Assembly (NCBI GenBank): GCA_965227775.1
Contig: OZ245777.1
Coordinates: 2,784,001-2,848,000 of the forward strand
Source: Phycisphaerales bacterium
GTDB taxonomy: Bacteria; Planctomycetota; Phycisphaerae; Phycisphaerales; UBA1924
Length of the DNA stretch: 64,000 nucleotides
Reading direction: 5' to 3'
A program made the position numbers and the translations under genes. This document shows, one piece after another, positions 1-9,970 of this stretch; the first letter of the stretch is position 1, and each line of letters opens with the position of its first letter. The notes beneath the pieces are model-generated. The model saw only the letters and a program-made list of their open reading frames with translations. It ran no database searches and had not been told where the DNA came from.

Positions 1-452
1 GCGATGGCCGCCCCGTAGATCGTGCCGAGGAACAACGCCTTGGAGATCGGCGTCGATTCGCCGTGGGGGAGCATGGCGGTGGCTTGCGGTGCGGCCCTCT
101 GAGGCTCGCCGGCCGTGCGCCACGACAGCGCCGCGACGACAAGCAGCCCAAAGGTGCACGCGTGCATTACCGTGGCTGCGAGGCCAAGCGCGATCATCCA
201 GGACCTGAGGTCTTCGATGAAGCCGTCCGTGTACTGCCGGTGGTACAGCCACGCCTGCCCGAGCGTGGTGGCTAAGCCGTTGGTGATCGATACCGCGCAC
301 GCGATCACAACGAGCGTGGCGGGCCCGCGCGATCTTCGGAGGGCGGCCAGGCCGAAGCAGAGTGCAATGATCACGACGACCAACATCGGAGCCGCGCCGA
401 TGAGCCTGTCGAGCACCAGGGACCAGTACGAACCAGGATCGGGTTGGAACAC
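1..452 (-). CDS. Multi-pass membrane protein, runs off the window's left edge
   Basis: Manual translation from a GTG at 452 preceded by AGGGGG gives VFQPDPGSYWSLVLDRLIGAAPMLVVVIIALCFGLAAL..., with several hydrophobic helices and no stop before position 1. Confidence 0.6.
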   Translation of the reverse strand, partial: MFQPDPGSYWSLVLDRLIGAAPMLVVVIIALCFGLAALRRSRGPATLVVIACAVSITNGLATTLGQAWLYHRQYTDGFIEDLRSWMIALGLAATVMHACTFGLLVVAALSWRTAGEPQRAAPQATAMLPHGESTPISKALFLGTIYGAAI

Positions 453-656
453 GCGTGCCCCCCTGCCACGCAGGCAGATGCTCCCCGCGTGCGCAGCATA
501 CGCAGGACAACGGCCGGGAGCATGCCGTGGGCCGGCTGGCCTCCGAGCGTGCCCGGCCGCCGATTGGGGCGCAACTTCCAGGTGCGACGTCGCGGACGGT
601 TCAGCGAGATGGTGGCTGCAGGACGTGCCCCAACCACGCGGCCGGAATCTGGAGCG

Positions 657-3167
657 TTATCGCTGGTCGGCCTCGGCGAGCCGCTTCGATCGCCGCTCAC
701 GGAGGTCGCGCATGACAAGGGTCTTGTTCCTTGCGGCCAGCGAGTCGCCGCCTCGCTCGGCAGTACGCAGAGACATCTCGAGCAACTCCAGCGACAGGCG
801 GTGGTCAGCACCGACCAACTGCTCAGCGCTATGGAAGAGGTCATCGATCTGGCGCATTGCCTCCAGGGGCCGTTCCGGTGCGGTGCTCGCCATCGTGCGC
901 AGGGCCTGTGCGATGATGAGGTCCGGGTGATCGGGCCCCAGCCTGCTCGAGCGGATGCGATGAACCGCCTCGGCGTGATTGACCGCGGCCTGCGTGTTCC
1001 CGGCGGCGAGTTCCAGCCGCGCGGCGACTTCGTGCGCATCGGCGATGTCGATGTGATCGTCGGGTAAGCGCACGCCCAAGATCGCGAAGGCCGCATCGAC
1101 TTGAGACCGTGCTTCGTCCACTTCTCCGACTTGTACGAGCGCTCTCGCGAGCACGGTGCGAACGTGAGCCTCGGCGTACGCCTGCTCACTCGCGCCTTCG
1201 ATAAGGGCCAGCGCCTCGCGAGCCGTCGAGACCGCCTGCGCGGCATCACCGCTGGCGAGCACCATGTGCGCATCCCAGGCCATCGCACGTGCCCGATACG
1301 GCTCCCCGTAATGGCGAGCCAGGAGGTTGCCTGCGACCCGGATCGTGGACCTGGCCTCCGTTGGGCGGTCGAGCGCGAGCAATGCTCGACCCAGCTTCAG
1401 GTGCTGCCAACCCGCCTCCGCCGAAGCGGCCCGCCCCTCGGCGGCCTGCAGATCGAGGATGTGCTCGAGTCGATCTGCTGCCGCCTCGGCCTGCCCGTCG
1501 ACAAGCAGCATGAGGTAGGCGACTTCCTCTGCTGCGGCGATCGTCTTCGGGTCGCCCTCACCCAGCTGCTCGCGCCAGATCCGCAGCGACGCCTCGATGT
1601 GCCTGCGCGCCGGGCCGAACATCGAGTGCCGTCGGTACACGAAGCCCAGCGAGTACCGCACCTCGGCCTCGACCAGCGGTGCATCGGCCAGGTCACGATG
1701 GATGCGCCGCGACGCGTACTCGAGGGCATCGAAGAAGCTCGCGTCCGGGCCAACCTCCTCGGGGTCGACGCCGAAGATTGCGTTCTGCAGGAACGCGCCC
1801 ATGCGGCCGGCACGCTCGGCTTCGGCCTCGGCCTCGATAATCGCCAGCTCCGCCGCGCGCGTGGCCGCGCGCTCGCGATCGGCGAGCGCATGTGCGTTGA
1901 TCATGCTCGCCACGATCAGGCCGATGGCGCCAAGCACGACGAAGACCGCCATCGAGCCGGCAATGACCGCCGGCCGATGCCTCCGCGCGAACAAGCTCGC
2001 GCGGCGCACGATGCCGGCGTCGCGCGCCTCGACGGGCTCGTAGCCCAGCCACCGCCGCAGATCGGTCCCCAGCTGTCCGATCGACGCGTAGCGGTGCTCG
2101 CGGTCGGGCGCCATCGCACGGGCAAGCACAGCGCTGAGCTCTTGGTCGATGCTCGGGTCGGCCTCGTGCGCGGCCGGGGTCGGGGCCACGAGCGCACCGA
2201 GCAGCGCATCCCGGGCCGCTTGGTGGGCGTCGCCCGCGCCTGGCCTGGCTTCGACGCGCATCGACGGCATGCGGCGGGGCGGCTGTCCGGTCAGCAGCTC
2301 GAAGCCGACCGCCCCGAGCGCGAAGATGTCCGCCCGGGTGTCCAGGTCGCTTAGGTGGCCGGTCAGCTGTTCGGGGGGCATGTAGGCGAGCGTGCCCACC
2401 ACGCTCCCGCCCTCGGCGAGCCGCGCCTCGACGCCGTGGTCGAGCGCCTTGGCGACGCCGAAATCCAGCACGCGTGCAACGCCGTGCTCGTCGACGAGGA
2501 TGTTGGCCGGCTTAAGGTCCAGGTGCACGACGCCGCGCTGGTGTGCGTGCTGGAGCGCATCGCACAGGTCGGCCAGGATCCGGACGCGATCTCGCGTCGA
2601 GAGTTGCTTCGCCTCGGCGAACTCGTTGAGGGGCCGCCCCTCGACCAGCTCCATCGCGATGAAGGGGCGGTCCTCGCTCGCCCCATCGGCGTCGACGACC
2701 GGCGCCCGCCCGGCTTCGATGATCGGCGCGATGCCCGGGTGGCGGAGGCGACCGAGCATCTCCGCCTCGCGCTCCAGACGCTCGTCCGACGAGCGACCGA
2801 ACAGCTCGGGCTTGATGAGCTTGATGGCGACCTCGCGCCGGGGCGTTTCCTGGATGGCCCGGAGCACCACGCCCATGCCCCCGCGGCCGAGTTCGCCGAT
2901 GATGCGGTAGCGGCCGACGCGGCGGATCGCGGCGCCCTCCGTGCCCGCGCCGGACGCTCGCGCTCCCGCACGCGGTGGGCGCGCGTGCGGGAGCGGCTCC
3001 AGGAAGCCCTGCGACTCGTCATCGCTGGCGAGCATGCGCTCGACGGCGGCGCGCAGCTCGTGGTCGCCGCCGCAGGCCTCGTGCAACGCCATGTCGCGCT
3101 CTTCACGCGGAACGTCGCACACCGCCTGGAAGATCTCCGTCACGCGCTCGTACCGGGTCGCGTCCAT
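657..3167 (-). CDS. Hanks-type Ser/Thr protein kinase with TM helix and C-terminal TPR region
   Basis: Motifs LGRGGMGVV, VAIK, HLDLKPAN, DFG and GTLAYMPPEQ; one TM segment, then TPR-like helices; ATG overlaps the ECF gene stop (TGATG). Confidence 0.93.
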   Translation of the reverse strand: MDATRYERVTEIFQAVCDVPREERDMALHEACGGDHELRAAVERMLASDDESQGFLEPLPHARPPRAGARASGAGTEGAAIRRVGRYRIIGELGRGGMGVVLRAIQETPRREVAIKLIKPELFGRSSDERLEREAEMLGRLRHPGIAPIIEAGRAPVVDADGASEDRPFIAMELVEGRPLNEFAEAKQLSTRDRVRILADLCDALQHAHQRGVVHLDLKPANILVDEHGVARVLDFGVAKALDHGVEARLAEGGSVVGTLAYMPPEQLTGHLSDLDTRADIFALGAVGFELLTGQPPRRMPSMRVEARPGAGDAHQAARDALLGALVAPTPAAHEADPSIDQELSAVLARAMAPDREHRYASIGQLGTDLRRWLGYEPVEARDAGIVRRASLFARRHRPAVIAGSMAVFVVLGAIGLIVASMINAHALADRERAATRAAELAIIEAEAEAERAGRMGAFLQNAIFGVDPEEVGPDASFFDALEYASRRIHRDLADAPLVEAEVRYSLGFVYRRHSMFGPARRHIEASLRIWREQLGEGDPKTIAAAEEVAYLMLLVDGQAEAAADRLEHILDLQAAEGRAASAEAGWQHLKLGRALLALDRPTEARSTIRVAGNLLARHYGEPYRARAMAWDAHMVLASGDAAQAVSTAREALALIEGASEQAYAEAHVRTVLARALVQVGEVDEARSQVDAAFAILGVRLPDDHIDIADAHEVAARLELAAGNTQAAVNHAEAVHRIRSSRLGPDHPDLIIAQALRTMASTAPERPLEAMRQIDDLFHSAEQLVGADHRLSLELLEMSLRTAERGGDSLAARNKTLVMRDLRERRSKRLAEADQR

Positions 3168-3748
3168 CACGCGTGCTCTTCGCCCTGCGCGAGCCGATCG
3201 CGCAGCCACGCCCGCGCGGTCCGCCAGTCGAGCTCGACCGTGCGGGGCGACACGCCCAGCACGGCGGCGGCTTCGTCGACGGTCAGGCCCGCGAAGAATC
3301 GCAGCTCCACGATGCGGGCCTGCCTCGAACTCAGCCGCGCCAGCTCCTCCAGCGCCGCATCCAGGGCCAACATCTCGACCGGCCCACCGGCCACGGGGCT
3401 GCCCGAGCCAGAGAGATCGAGCCCGGTGAGCGTTACCCGCTGCCAGTCGCCGCCGCGCTTCTGGGCCCGGCGTTCGCGGGCGTGCTGCACGGCCGCCTGG
3501 CGCATGGCGTTGGCGGCGGCGCCGAAGAAGTGGTTGCGTCCCTCGAAGTCGGGCGTGGCGGAGCCGAAGAGCTTCTCGTACGCCTCGTGAACCAGCGCGG
3601 TCGCGTGCAGCGAGTGCGCGTGGGAACCGCGCAGCTCGCGCCCGGCCATGGCGCGGAGCCGGTCGTACACGCGCCCCACGAGCTCCTCTCGGGCCAGGTC
3701 ATCGCCCGAGCCGACGCGTTCGAGGAGTTGTGTGAGGTCTTCGTCCAT
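3167..3748 (-). CDS. ECF-type RNA polymerase sigma factor, planctomycete kinase-associated type
   Basis: Motifs LHATALVHEAY, KRGGDWQRV and IVELRFFAGLTVDEAAAVLGVSPRTVELDWRTARAWL. Confidence 0.93.
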   Translation of the reverse strand: MDEDLTQLLERVGSGDDLAREELVGRVYDRLRAMAGRELRGSHAHSLHATALVHEAYEKLFGSATPDFEGRNHFFGAAANAMRQAAVQHARERRAQKRGGDWQRVTLTGLDLSGSGSPVAGGPVEMLALDAALEELARLSSRQARIVELRFFAGLTVDEAAAVLGVSPRTVELDWRTARAWLRDRLAQGEEHA

Positions 3749-3939
3749 GGTGCGCGGGCGCGACGGCCCAAAGAGCAGCGGATCAAAAAAAGTCGCGAAC
3801 GTCTTGCGCCCTCCCGCGGCGGTTTGCATATCTCGGGCCAGACCCATGTGTCACGCTGCCGGAGGGAGGCGGCGTGCGACCCAAGAGCCGGCCCCGCGGC
3901 GCACCGCCGGGGGCCAAAACCGACACGAGAGGATACGCC

Positions 3940-4899
3940 ATGACTCGCACGAACCGTTCTCGCTTCGTCGTCTCCATCGCCGGAACCACCATCGCCGCGC
4001 TCACGGCCTCGGCCATCGCGGATGACCCGCAGGTCTTCGGCGACTGGGGCGCCCAGGCCGACGACATCGCCGACACCGTCGATGCATTCCGCGACGCCCT
4101 GGGCGAGCTCAACCGCCCCGAGCCGGGCAGCGTGGGCAGCGGCCGCCGCCAGATCGACTGGGACGCCGCCCCCGACGCCGTCAGCGCTCCCAACGATTTC
4201 CCAGGCGACTTCTTCAACTTCCCGGCCTTCCCCCGTGCCCGCGGCGTGGTCTTCACGACCGACGGCACCGGCTTCCAGCTCTCGGCCACGCAGGCCAGCG
4301 GCGTGGGCGTCGAGTTCAGCAACATCGACGCCAGCTACGACGGCCTGTTCTCGGTCTTCAGCCCCGAGCGCCTGTTCACGCCCATCGGCGACAACGTGCT
4401 GGACGTGCACTTCCGCATCCCCGGCGAGGACCGCCCCGCCGCCAGCACCGGCTTCGGCGCCGTCTTCAGCGACGTCGACACCTCGGGCCAGACCAGCCTG
4501 ACGTTCTACGGCCTCGACGACGAGGTGCTGGGCACCTACTTCGTGCCGTCGGCGCCGATCGACAACGAGTCGCTCTCGTTCCTGGGCGTGAAGTACGACG
4601 AGGCCATCGTCACGCGGGTGCGCATCGTCTCGGGTGACACGGCCTTGGAGGAGGGCGTGGCCGAGGCGTGGCCCGCGAACGATCTCGTCGTCATGGACGA
4701 CTTCATCTTCGGTGAGCCGGTGTTCCTGCCGTGCTTCGCCGACCAGGACCGGGACGGCTCGCTGACGATCTTCGACTTCCTGGCCTTCCAGAACAGCTTT
4801 AGCGCGGGCGATCTGGCGGCCGACTGCGACGGCAACGGCCTGCTGGAGCTGTGGGACTTCCTCTGCTTCCAGAACGCGTTCGGCGCCGGCTGCCCGTAA
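3940..4899 (+). CDS. Secreted protein with C-terminal GC-type dockerin domain
   Basis: Signal peptide; C-terminus CFADQDRDGSLTIFDFLAFQNSFSAGDLAADCDGNGLLELWDFLCFQNAFGAGCP; GAGGA RBS. Confidence 0.88.
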   Translation: MTRTNRSRFVVSIAGTTIAALTASAIADDPQVFGDWGAQADDIADTVDAFRDALGELNRPEPGSVGSGRRQIDWDAAPDAVSAPNDFPGDFFNFPAFPRARGVVFTTDGTGFQLSATQASGVGVEFSNIDASYDGLFSVFSPERLFTPIGDNVLDVHFRIPGEDRPAASTGFGAVFSDVDTSGQTSLTFYGLDDEVLGTYFVPSAPIDNESLSFLGVKYDEAIVTRVRIVSGDTALEEGVAEAWPANDLVVMDDFIFGEPVFLPCFADQDRDGSLTIFDFLAFQNSFSAGDLAADCDGNGLLELWDFLCFQNAFGAGCP

Positions 4900-4925
4900 G
4901 GCGTCCTGCCCCAACGTCCCAATGC

Positions 4926-4990
4926 CGACCCCCAGCGACGCGCCCCCGCTCCGGCGGGGGTGCTCGCTGCGCGCCGTGCGTTGCACGGGT
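4926..4990. repeat. 65-nt structured repeat, copy 1 (bulged hairpin)
   Basis: 60/65 identical to 7431-7495; stem CAGCGA-C-GCG-CCCCCGC/TCCG/GCGGGGG-TGC-TCGCTG. Confidence 0.9.
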
Positions 4991-5334
4991 TCGCTAGAGA
5001 TTGGAACGATGGCCCTGCGAGGGTGGAGACGTCGGACGCTGCTCGTTTCCTTACCTCGGTGTCCTGCGAGCGATCAAGCACCGATTGGCGGAGCACACTC
5101 GATTCGGTGGTATGCGTTCCAGTCAACTTCGTGGTGCGCCCCCACTACCGAGTCCTAACAGAAGTAGCTGAAGGTGTCTCCACGCGGGCCCGCACGGCGA
5201 TCCAACGTCCCGGCGCAGCCAGAAGGCCGATTGTGTTAAGAATTGTGGGTGTATGGGTAATTTGGGATATTCTGGGCGTAAATCTGGTAGTACAACATGG
5301 AGTGGATCGTGTATAGCAATACGGAGGTTTACCT

Positions 5335-7308
5335 ATGCAACGTACCACATCGATTGTCTTCGCATCGATCGCAGTGCTCTCGCAGGCATCGATACTCATG
5401 GCCCAATCGGGTCGTGCGGACTTGGATCGTGACGGACGCGTCGATCTCTTTGACTACATGGAGTTCGAGCGGCTGTTCAACCAGAACCATCGCCGCGCTG
5501 ACTTCAACGGTGATGGCACTCTCGATCCCGCCGACTACCTGGAGTTCCAGCGTGCGTTCGAGTTTCCCGAAACGGACACCGTGACCCGCAAGCTGTACCT
5601 CGGCGTCGGCAACCACTGGGTCGACACCGTCGCCGACGGCAGCACGGCGTGGAGCGAGGCGCACGACTTCGGCCCCACCGAGATGAATTACCGGTGGTTT
5701 ACGCAGACGGTGCTCCAAATCCGGTCGGGGGCGTCGTACGCAGACGGTACGAACAAGAAGTTCGCGTGGGTTGACGCGACGTCAACGCCCACGCTGAAGA
5801 TCAAGGATGGCTCGACTGAATTGTCTGGACAAGCTGCGTATGGCCACTGGTTGACAAAAGCGAAGGCGCAAATCGACTTGAACCTAGCCGACGATCCTCT
5901 GAGCAACGGGCGCTGGTTCCAACTCGACAATGAGACGCTCCACTTCAGCGGGTACTACTGGGGTCGATTCATGCAGGCCCGCGCGCACATTCCCGAGTAC
6001 TCTTCTCAGTCTGCCATCGAGACCCACTCCACTGCGATAATCCCTTTTGGCAAGAACTTCATTAACGACCTCAGAGCCCATTCGGCGTTCGGGAATCTCG
6101 ACAAGTTCGGGTGGTACAACCTCCCAGCCGCGCGGAACAGCCAGACGGCGACTACGGACAGCCCGTGGAGAGGCGATGCCTATCTGCCGACCTTCGTGCC
6201 CCACCCGGGTGCAGGGACGTTCCCATGGTGGAGCGTCGACGAGGACCTGCGAGACTTGCTCGAGGAGTCCGACTTCATCGACGGACGGCTGTACGCGGGC
6301 GGGGGACAGGTCGAGCGGGACGGTGACGAAGACAAGTGGTGGGAAGGCCAGATCGAGCGCGGCCTCGAGATCGCCGACGACATCACACCGACCGGGTCGA
6401 CCACTGCGGGCATTGACTACATGGCGCGCGTGTGGCTCCAAGACAACAAGACCGAAAACGCGCTGAAGACCGCCTCGTACCTCGAGACGTTCTTCACCGA
6501 AGCGACGCTCGGAGGGGTCGTCAACGCCTCTGTTGACCTAGGGCGCCACCAGTTTGAGTGTGGTTGCCAGATCGATGCGACCACGCCTGGCCAGATGTGG
6601 AACGACCTTGTCGTGCAGGCGGCGAAGGATGCCGCGTACCTGCCAAATAGTGCATCAAAGGCACCCGCGCACGTGTCGATCGTGAGCGTGACGCCGTCAT
6701 CGGCCACACAGGGGCAAACAAACCTGGAACTGACGTTCCGCGGAACGGAATTTAGCAGCCCTACGGTTGCGTTGGCCGGGGGCGGCACCGGGTGGACCAT
6801 CGGGGCCGCGACCGACGTCACCAGCACGAGTTTCAAGGTCGTGGTCTCGGTACCTCAGATCGCCTCTACCGGAACCTACGACTGGGTTGTAACCGATGGC
6901 GGCGACTCCTGGACGCTCCATGATTGGTTCGAGGTGCACCAGAACAGCACCGATGCCCCCGCGCCCTCGGGATTCATCGGCTCCGATGGAACTGAGCGCT
7001 CGGACTGCATGGGCAACCACAAGATCGAGACCAGCGGCGTTATGTCGACCTACTTGGTTACGCTGGGCGGGCGCCACTTCGACGAGTTATGCACGCTCGA
7101 TTACAACGCAGCGTTGCTGCCATCGGGCGTCACCATTGGCAACGACACATGGATCGACAGCGGCCGTTTCCAATTCAACGTCACCGTCACGGCGGCTGCC
7201 ACGGCGACCAAGGGCAGTCCGGTCAAGATCCCGTTGACGATCGAGAATCCCGATATGCAATCGTCCCAAATGTGGACGCTGGTCATCCAGAACGAGGTCC
7301 CTGATTAA
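5335..7308 (+). CDS. Secreted protein with N-terminal dockerin-like domain, unknown central domain and two C-terminal Ig/IPT-like domains
   Basis: GGAGG RBS and signal peptide; ADLDRDGRVDLFDY..ADFNGDGTLDPADY pair; VSVTPSSATQGQTNLELTFRGTEF resembles the start of an IPT/TIG domain. Confidence 0.8.
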   Translation: MQRTTSIVFASIAVLSQASILMAQSGRADLDRDGRVDLFDYMEFERLFNQNHRRADFNGDGTLDPADYLEFQRAFEFPETDTVTRKLYLGVGNHWVDTVADGSTAWSEAHDFGPTEMNYRWFTQTVLQIRSGASYADGTNKKFAWVDATSTPTLKIKDGSTELSGQAAYGHWLTKAKAQIDLNLADDPLSNGRWFQLDNETLHFSGYYWGRFMQARAHIPEYSSQSAIETHSTAIIPFGKNFINDLRAHSAFGNLDKFGWYNLPAARNSQTATTDSPWRGDAYLPTFVPHPGAGTFPWWSVDEDLRDLLEESDFIDGRLYAGGGQVERDGDEDKWWEGQIERGLEIADDITPTGSTTAGIDYMARVWLQDNKTENALKTASYLETFFTEATLGGVVNASVDLGRHQFECGCQIDATTPGQMWNDLVVQAAKDAAYLPNSASKAPAHVSIVSVTPSSATQGQTNLELTFRGTEFSSPTVALAGGGTGWTIGAATDVTSTSFKVVVSVPQIASTGTYDWVVTDGGDSWTLHDWFEVHQNSTDAPAPSGFIGSDGTERSDCMGNHKIETSGVMSTYLVTLGGRHFDELCTLDYNAALLPSGVTIGNDTWIDSGRFQFNVTVTAAATATKGSPVKIPLTIENPDMQSSQMWTLVIQNEVPD

Positions 7309-7430
7309 CTCAGCCGCGTCGGAACCGCAATGAGAGGGGCGCCATCGGACCAGCGACGTGGTGGTCCACGCCTGCTCCGGCACTTCGGAGCAATAAACCG
7401 GGGCCATCGTGTGACGATGCCCCCAGCACA

Positions 7431-7495
7431 CGACCCCCAGCAACGTACCCCCGCTCCGGCGGGGGTGCTCGCTGCGCCCGGTGCGTTGCACGGGT
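7431..7495. repeat. 65-nt structured repeat, copy 2
   Basis: Direct repeat of 4926-4990 with 5 mismatches. Confidence 0.9.
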
Positions 7496-7510
7496 ACGTG
7501 GGCGCGGATC

Positions 7511-7645
7511 TCGATGGAGTTCGTTCAATGCCTGATGCTTGAGGATTAACGCTTGGTCCTCGAACGCCAACGCTTCCTGGGGTCGCCAGGGCGGCTTCTT
7601 CAGTGGGACGTAAGGGGGACGGCCGCGGGTGCGGGATCCTGGGAC
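7511..7645. repeat. Degenerate copy of the last three 21-nt array units plus the conserved flank
   Basis: Aligns with 11748-11880, e.g. CAACGCTTCCTGGGG[T/G]CGCCAGGGCGG...GGGTGCGGG..CTGGGAC. Confidence 0.85.
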
Positions 7646-7737
7646 GGCGACGCCAGCAGGACATGGAACGAAATGGGGGACCGATGATTGGCCCCCCTCC
7701 CAGTCAGTCTTTCACTCCGACAACACCAAGTTGGCGC

Positions 7738-8904
7738 TTAGCACCCCGCATCGAACTCGTTCTGGAACGCGAGGAAGTCGAACAGCGTCAACTCGCCATC
7801 GCCATCGAAGTCGGCGCCGAGATCACCGGCATCGAAGAGGTTCTGGAACCCGAGGAAGTCGAAGATGGTCAGCTCTCCGTCACCGTCGATATCGGCCCGG
7901 CAGGGTGCGGTGCCCTGGGGCTCGAGCACCCACAGGAAGTTCTGCGTGAATACGTCGCCCTGGTTGGTCAGGAACAGCGTGCCGCGGTCGCGGTCGAAGC
8001 CCAGGCTCTCGAGCTGGAGCACGAGGCCGTCGACATCCAGGCGCGGCGCCCCCATGTCGTCGGTGAGCGACTCGAACGCGAGGAGGTTGCCGTCAAGGTC
8101 GAGCCCCTGCAGTCCCGGTCCCTCGTCGTCCAGGGCCACGATGATGGCGTCCTGCCCGAACGGGTTGGAGGCGTCGCCGTCCTGCAGGTGCACGATGCCC
8201 TTGGGCGAACCGGAGGTCGAGGGATCGAGGGTCACGGCCACCGGGAACGAGCCCTGGAACGCGCCATCCGTGCCGAAGATGACCACGTTGTGGTCGGGGC
8301 CGTCTTCTTCCTCGACGGTGTAGAACGCGTCGCGAGAAGGGATGTACGCGATGTCCTCGAGGTTCGTGTTCTCGGGCGAGGTGGGCAGGCCGCAGTCAAA
8401 GCCCGAGCACCCCGGCGTGAGCGGATCGATCGCGCCCGAGCCCAGGTCGAAGCCGATCAGGAACAGCTCCCCGCTGGCAGCCACGATGTTCCCATCGGCG
8501 CCCGGGCCGGTGTCGCCGGTGTTGATGGTCAGCCCGGCGATGCTCAGGTCGAACTGCGAGGCCGCGTCGACGAAGCTCACGACACGGTTGAACTCGATCC
8601 CCACGATCTCGCCGGCACCATCGCGCACGAGATCGACCTCGACGATCGCGTTGTCAGGGCCGCTCTGGTCGCCCAGCGCGTCGGTCGAGAGCAGCAGGCT
8701 GTCGGTGTCGGGCAGGTAGTACGTGCCCTCGACCTCGACCAGCGTCAGATCGAAAGCCGGGAAGAGCGGGTTCTCGAAGGTGATCTGGCTGTAATCGAAG
8801 CGCGTCACGTCGTAGGTCACGCCGAACAGCTCGATCGTGTCCTGGGCGAGTGCCGTTCCGGCGGCGCAGGCCAGGGCGGCAACGGTGCAGGTGGTCCTGG
8901 TCAT
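7738..8904 (-). CDS. Secreted acidic (probable beta-propeller) protein with C-terminal GC-type dockerin domain
   Basis: Signal peptide; C-terminus CRADIDGDGELTIFDFLGFQNLFDAGDLGADFDGDGELTLFDFLAFQNEFDAGC. Confidence 0.88.
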   Translation of the reverse strand: MTRTTCTVAALACAAGTALAQDTIELFGVTYDVTRFDYSQITFENPLFPAFDLTLVEVEGTYYLPDTDSLLLSTDALGDQSGPDNAIVEVDLVRDGAGEIVGIEFNRVVSFVDAASQFDLSIAGLTINTGDTGPGADGNIVAASGELFLIGFDLGSGAIDPLTPGCSGFDCGLPTSPENTNLEDIAYIPSRDAFYTVEEEDGPDHNVVIFGTDGAFQGSFPVAVTLDPSTSGSPKGIVHLQDGDASNPFGQDAIIVALDDEGPGLQGLDLDGNLLAFESLTDDMGAPRLDVDGLVLQLESLGFDRDRGTLFLTNQGDVFTQNFLWVLEPQGTAPCRADIDGDGELTIFDFLGFQNLFDAGDLGADFDGDGELTLFDFLAFQNEFDAGC

Positions 8905-9001
8905 CTCGGTCTCCTCTGCTCTCTCGTGTGAACGGTCGCCGTCGCGGTGGCCAACATCGCCCCGCCCGGGCGGCCAAGCTGGTTCTGATTCCCTGTGCCG
9001 C

Positions 9002-9970
9002 TCAGAAGTTCAGGCCCGGCCGCGTGAGCCAGCCGCCGTAGACCTTGTCTTCCAGTTCGGGGTACTCGTGGGTGAGCCAGCCCTGGATCTGGGCCGGCGT
9101 GGCTTCGAACGTGCCGGTGCGCGTCCAGTCGGCGAACACGGCGACGTGGCCATCGGCGAACACGATCTGGCCGTACAGCTTGTCGTGGCTGTATTCGGCG
9201 CGCTGGATGGTGCTGCTCTTGCCGTGGTTGGGCCCCCAGTCGGTGTAGTCCTGGCGGCCCCACACGGCGCCGCCGGGGCCGGTTGCGCGCAGCGGCCCAT
9301 CGGTGAGCTCCTTCGCGGCGGGCAGCTCCTCGCCCTCGACGATGACCGAGTCGTCGCGGTCCTGGACGGTGCCGTTGCCGAGCAGGGGCAGGCGGCTCGT
9401 GGATGTGTTGGCGGTGATCCACTGCTCGCGCAGCGGCCCCTTCGTAGAGGCCCGCTCGTTGGGCCGGCCCGAGCTCGCGTCGAGCATGTCGGTGTGGGCC
9501 GTGTACCACGCCAGGGCGTAGTTGGTGTTGAAGCCGCGCTTGACCAGATCGTCGATGTCTTCCTGGGTGAAGTTCTTCCACGCGGTCGGCCCGTTGATGC
9601 GCGAGAGGCCGAGGTTCTGGCAGTGCTGCCCGGGGCTGGCCGGGTTGAGCAGCTCGCCCGGGTTGCCGTACCCGCCGAGGCGGAAGTCGGCCACCCAGCC
9701 CTTCTCGTCCATCGGGCCCTGGCTGCGCTCGCTCCGGTTGTCCCACGTGCCGGTGCTGTACTGCCCGGCTTTGTCGTTGCCGTGGGTCATGAACATGATG
9801 CCGAACTGCCGGAGGTTCGAGGCGTCCTTGGCCTGCCGCGCCGAGTCTCTGGCAGCGCCCAGCGAGGGGATCAGGATGCCGATGAGCAGCGCGATGATGG
9901 CGATCACCACGAGCAACTCGATGAGCGTGAAGGCGCGCCGGGGCGCCACGGCGTGGGGCCGATCGGTCAT
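9002..9970 (-). CDS. Prepilin-type N-terminal cleavage/methylation protein with H-X9-DG-like C-terminal motif (DUF1559-like)
   Basis: [45 protein letters not shown]. Confidence 0.9.
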   Translation of the reverse strand: MTDRPHAVAPRRAFTLIELLVVIAIIALLIGILIPSLGAARDSARQAKDASNLRQFGIMFMTHGNDKAGQYSTGTWDNRSERSQGPMDEKGWVADFRLGGYGNPGELLNPASPGQHCQNLGLSRINGPTAWKNFTQEDIDDLVKRGFNTNYALAWYTAHTDMLDASSGRPNERASTKGPLREQWITANTSTSRLPLLGNGTVQDRDDSVIVEGEELPAAKELTDGPLRATGPGGAVWGRQDYTDWGPNHGKSSTIQRAEYSHDKLYGQIVFADGHVAVFADWTRTGTFEATPAQIQGWLTHEYPELEDKVYGGWLTRPGLNF

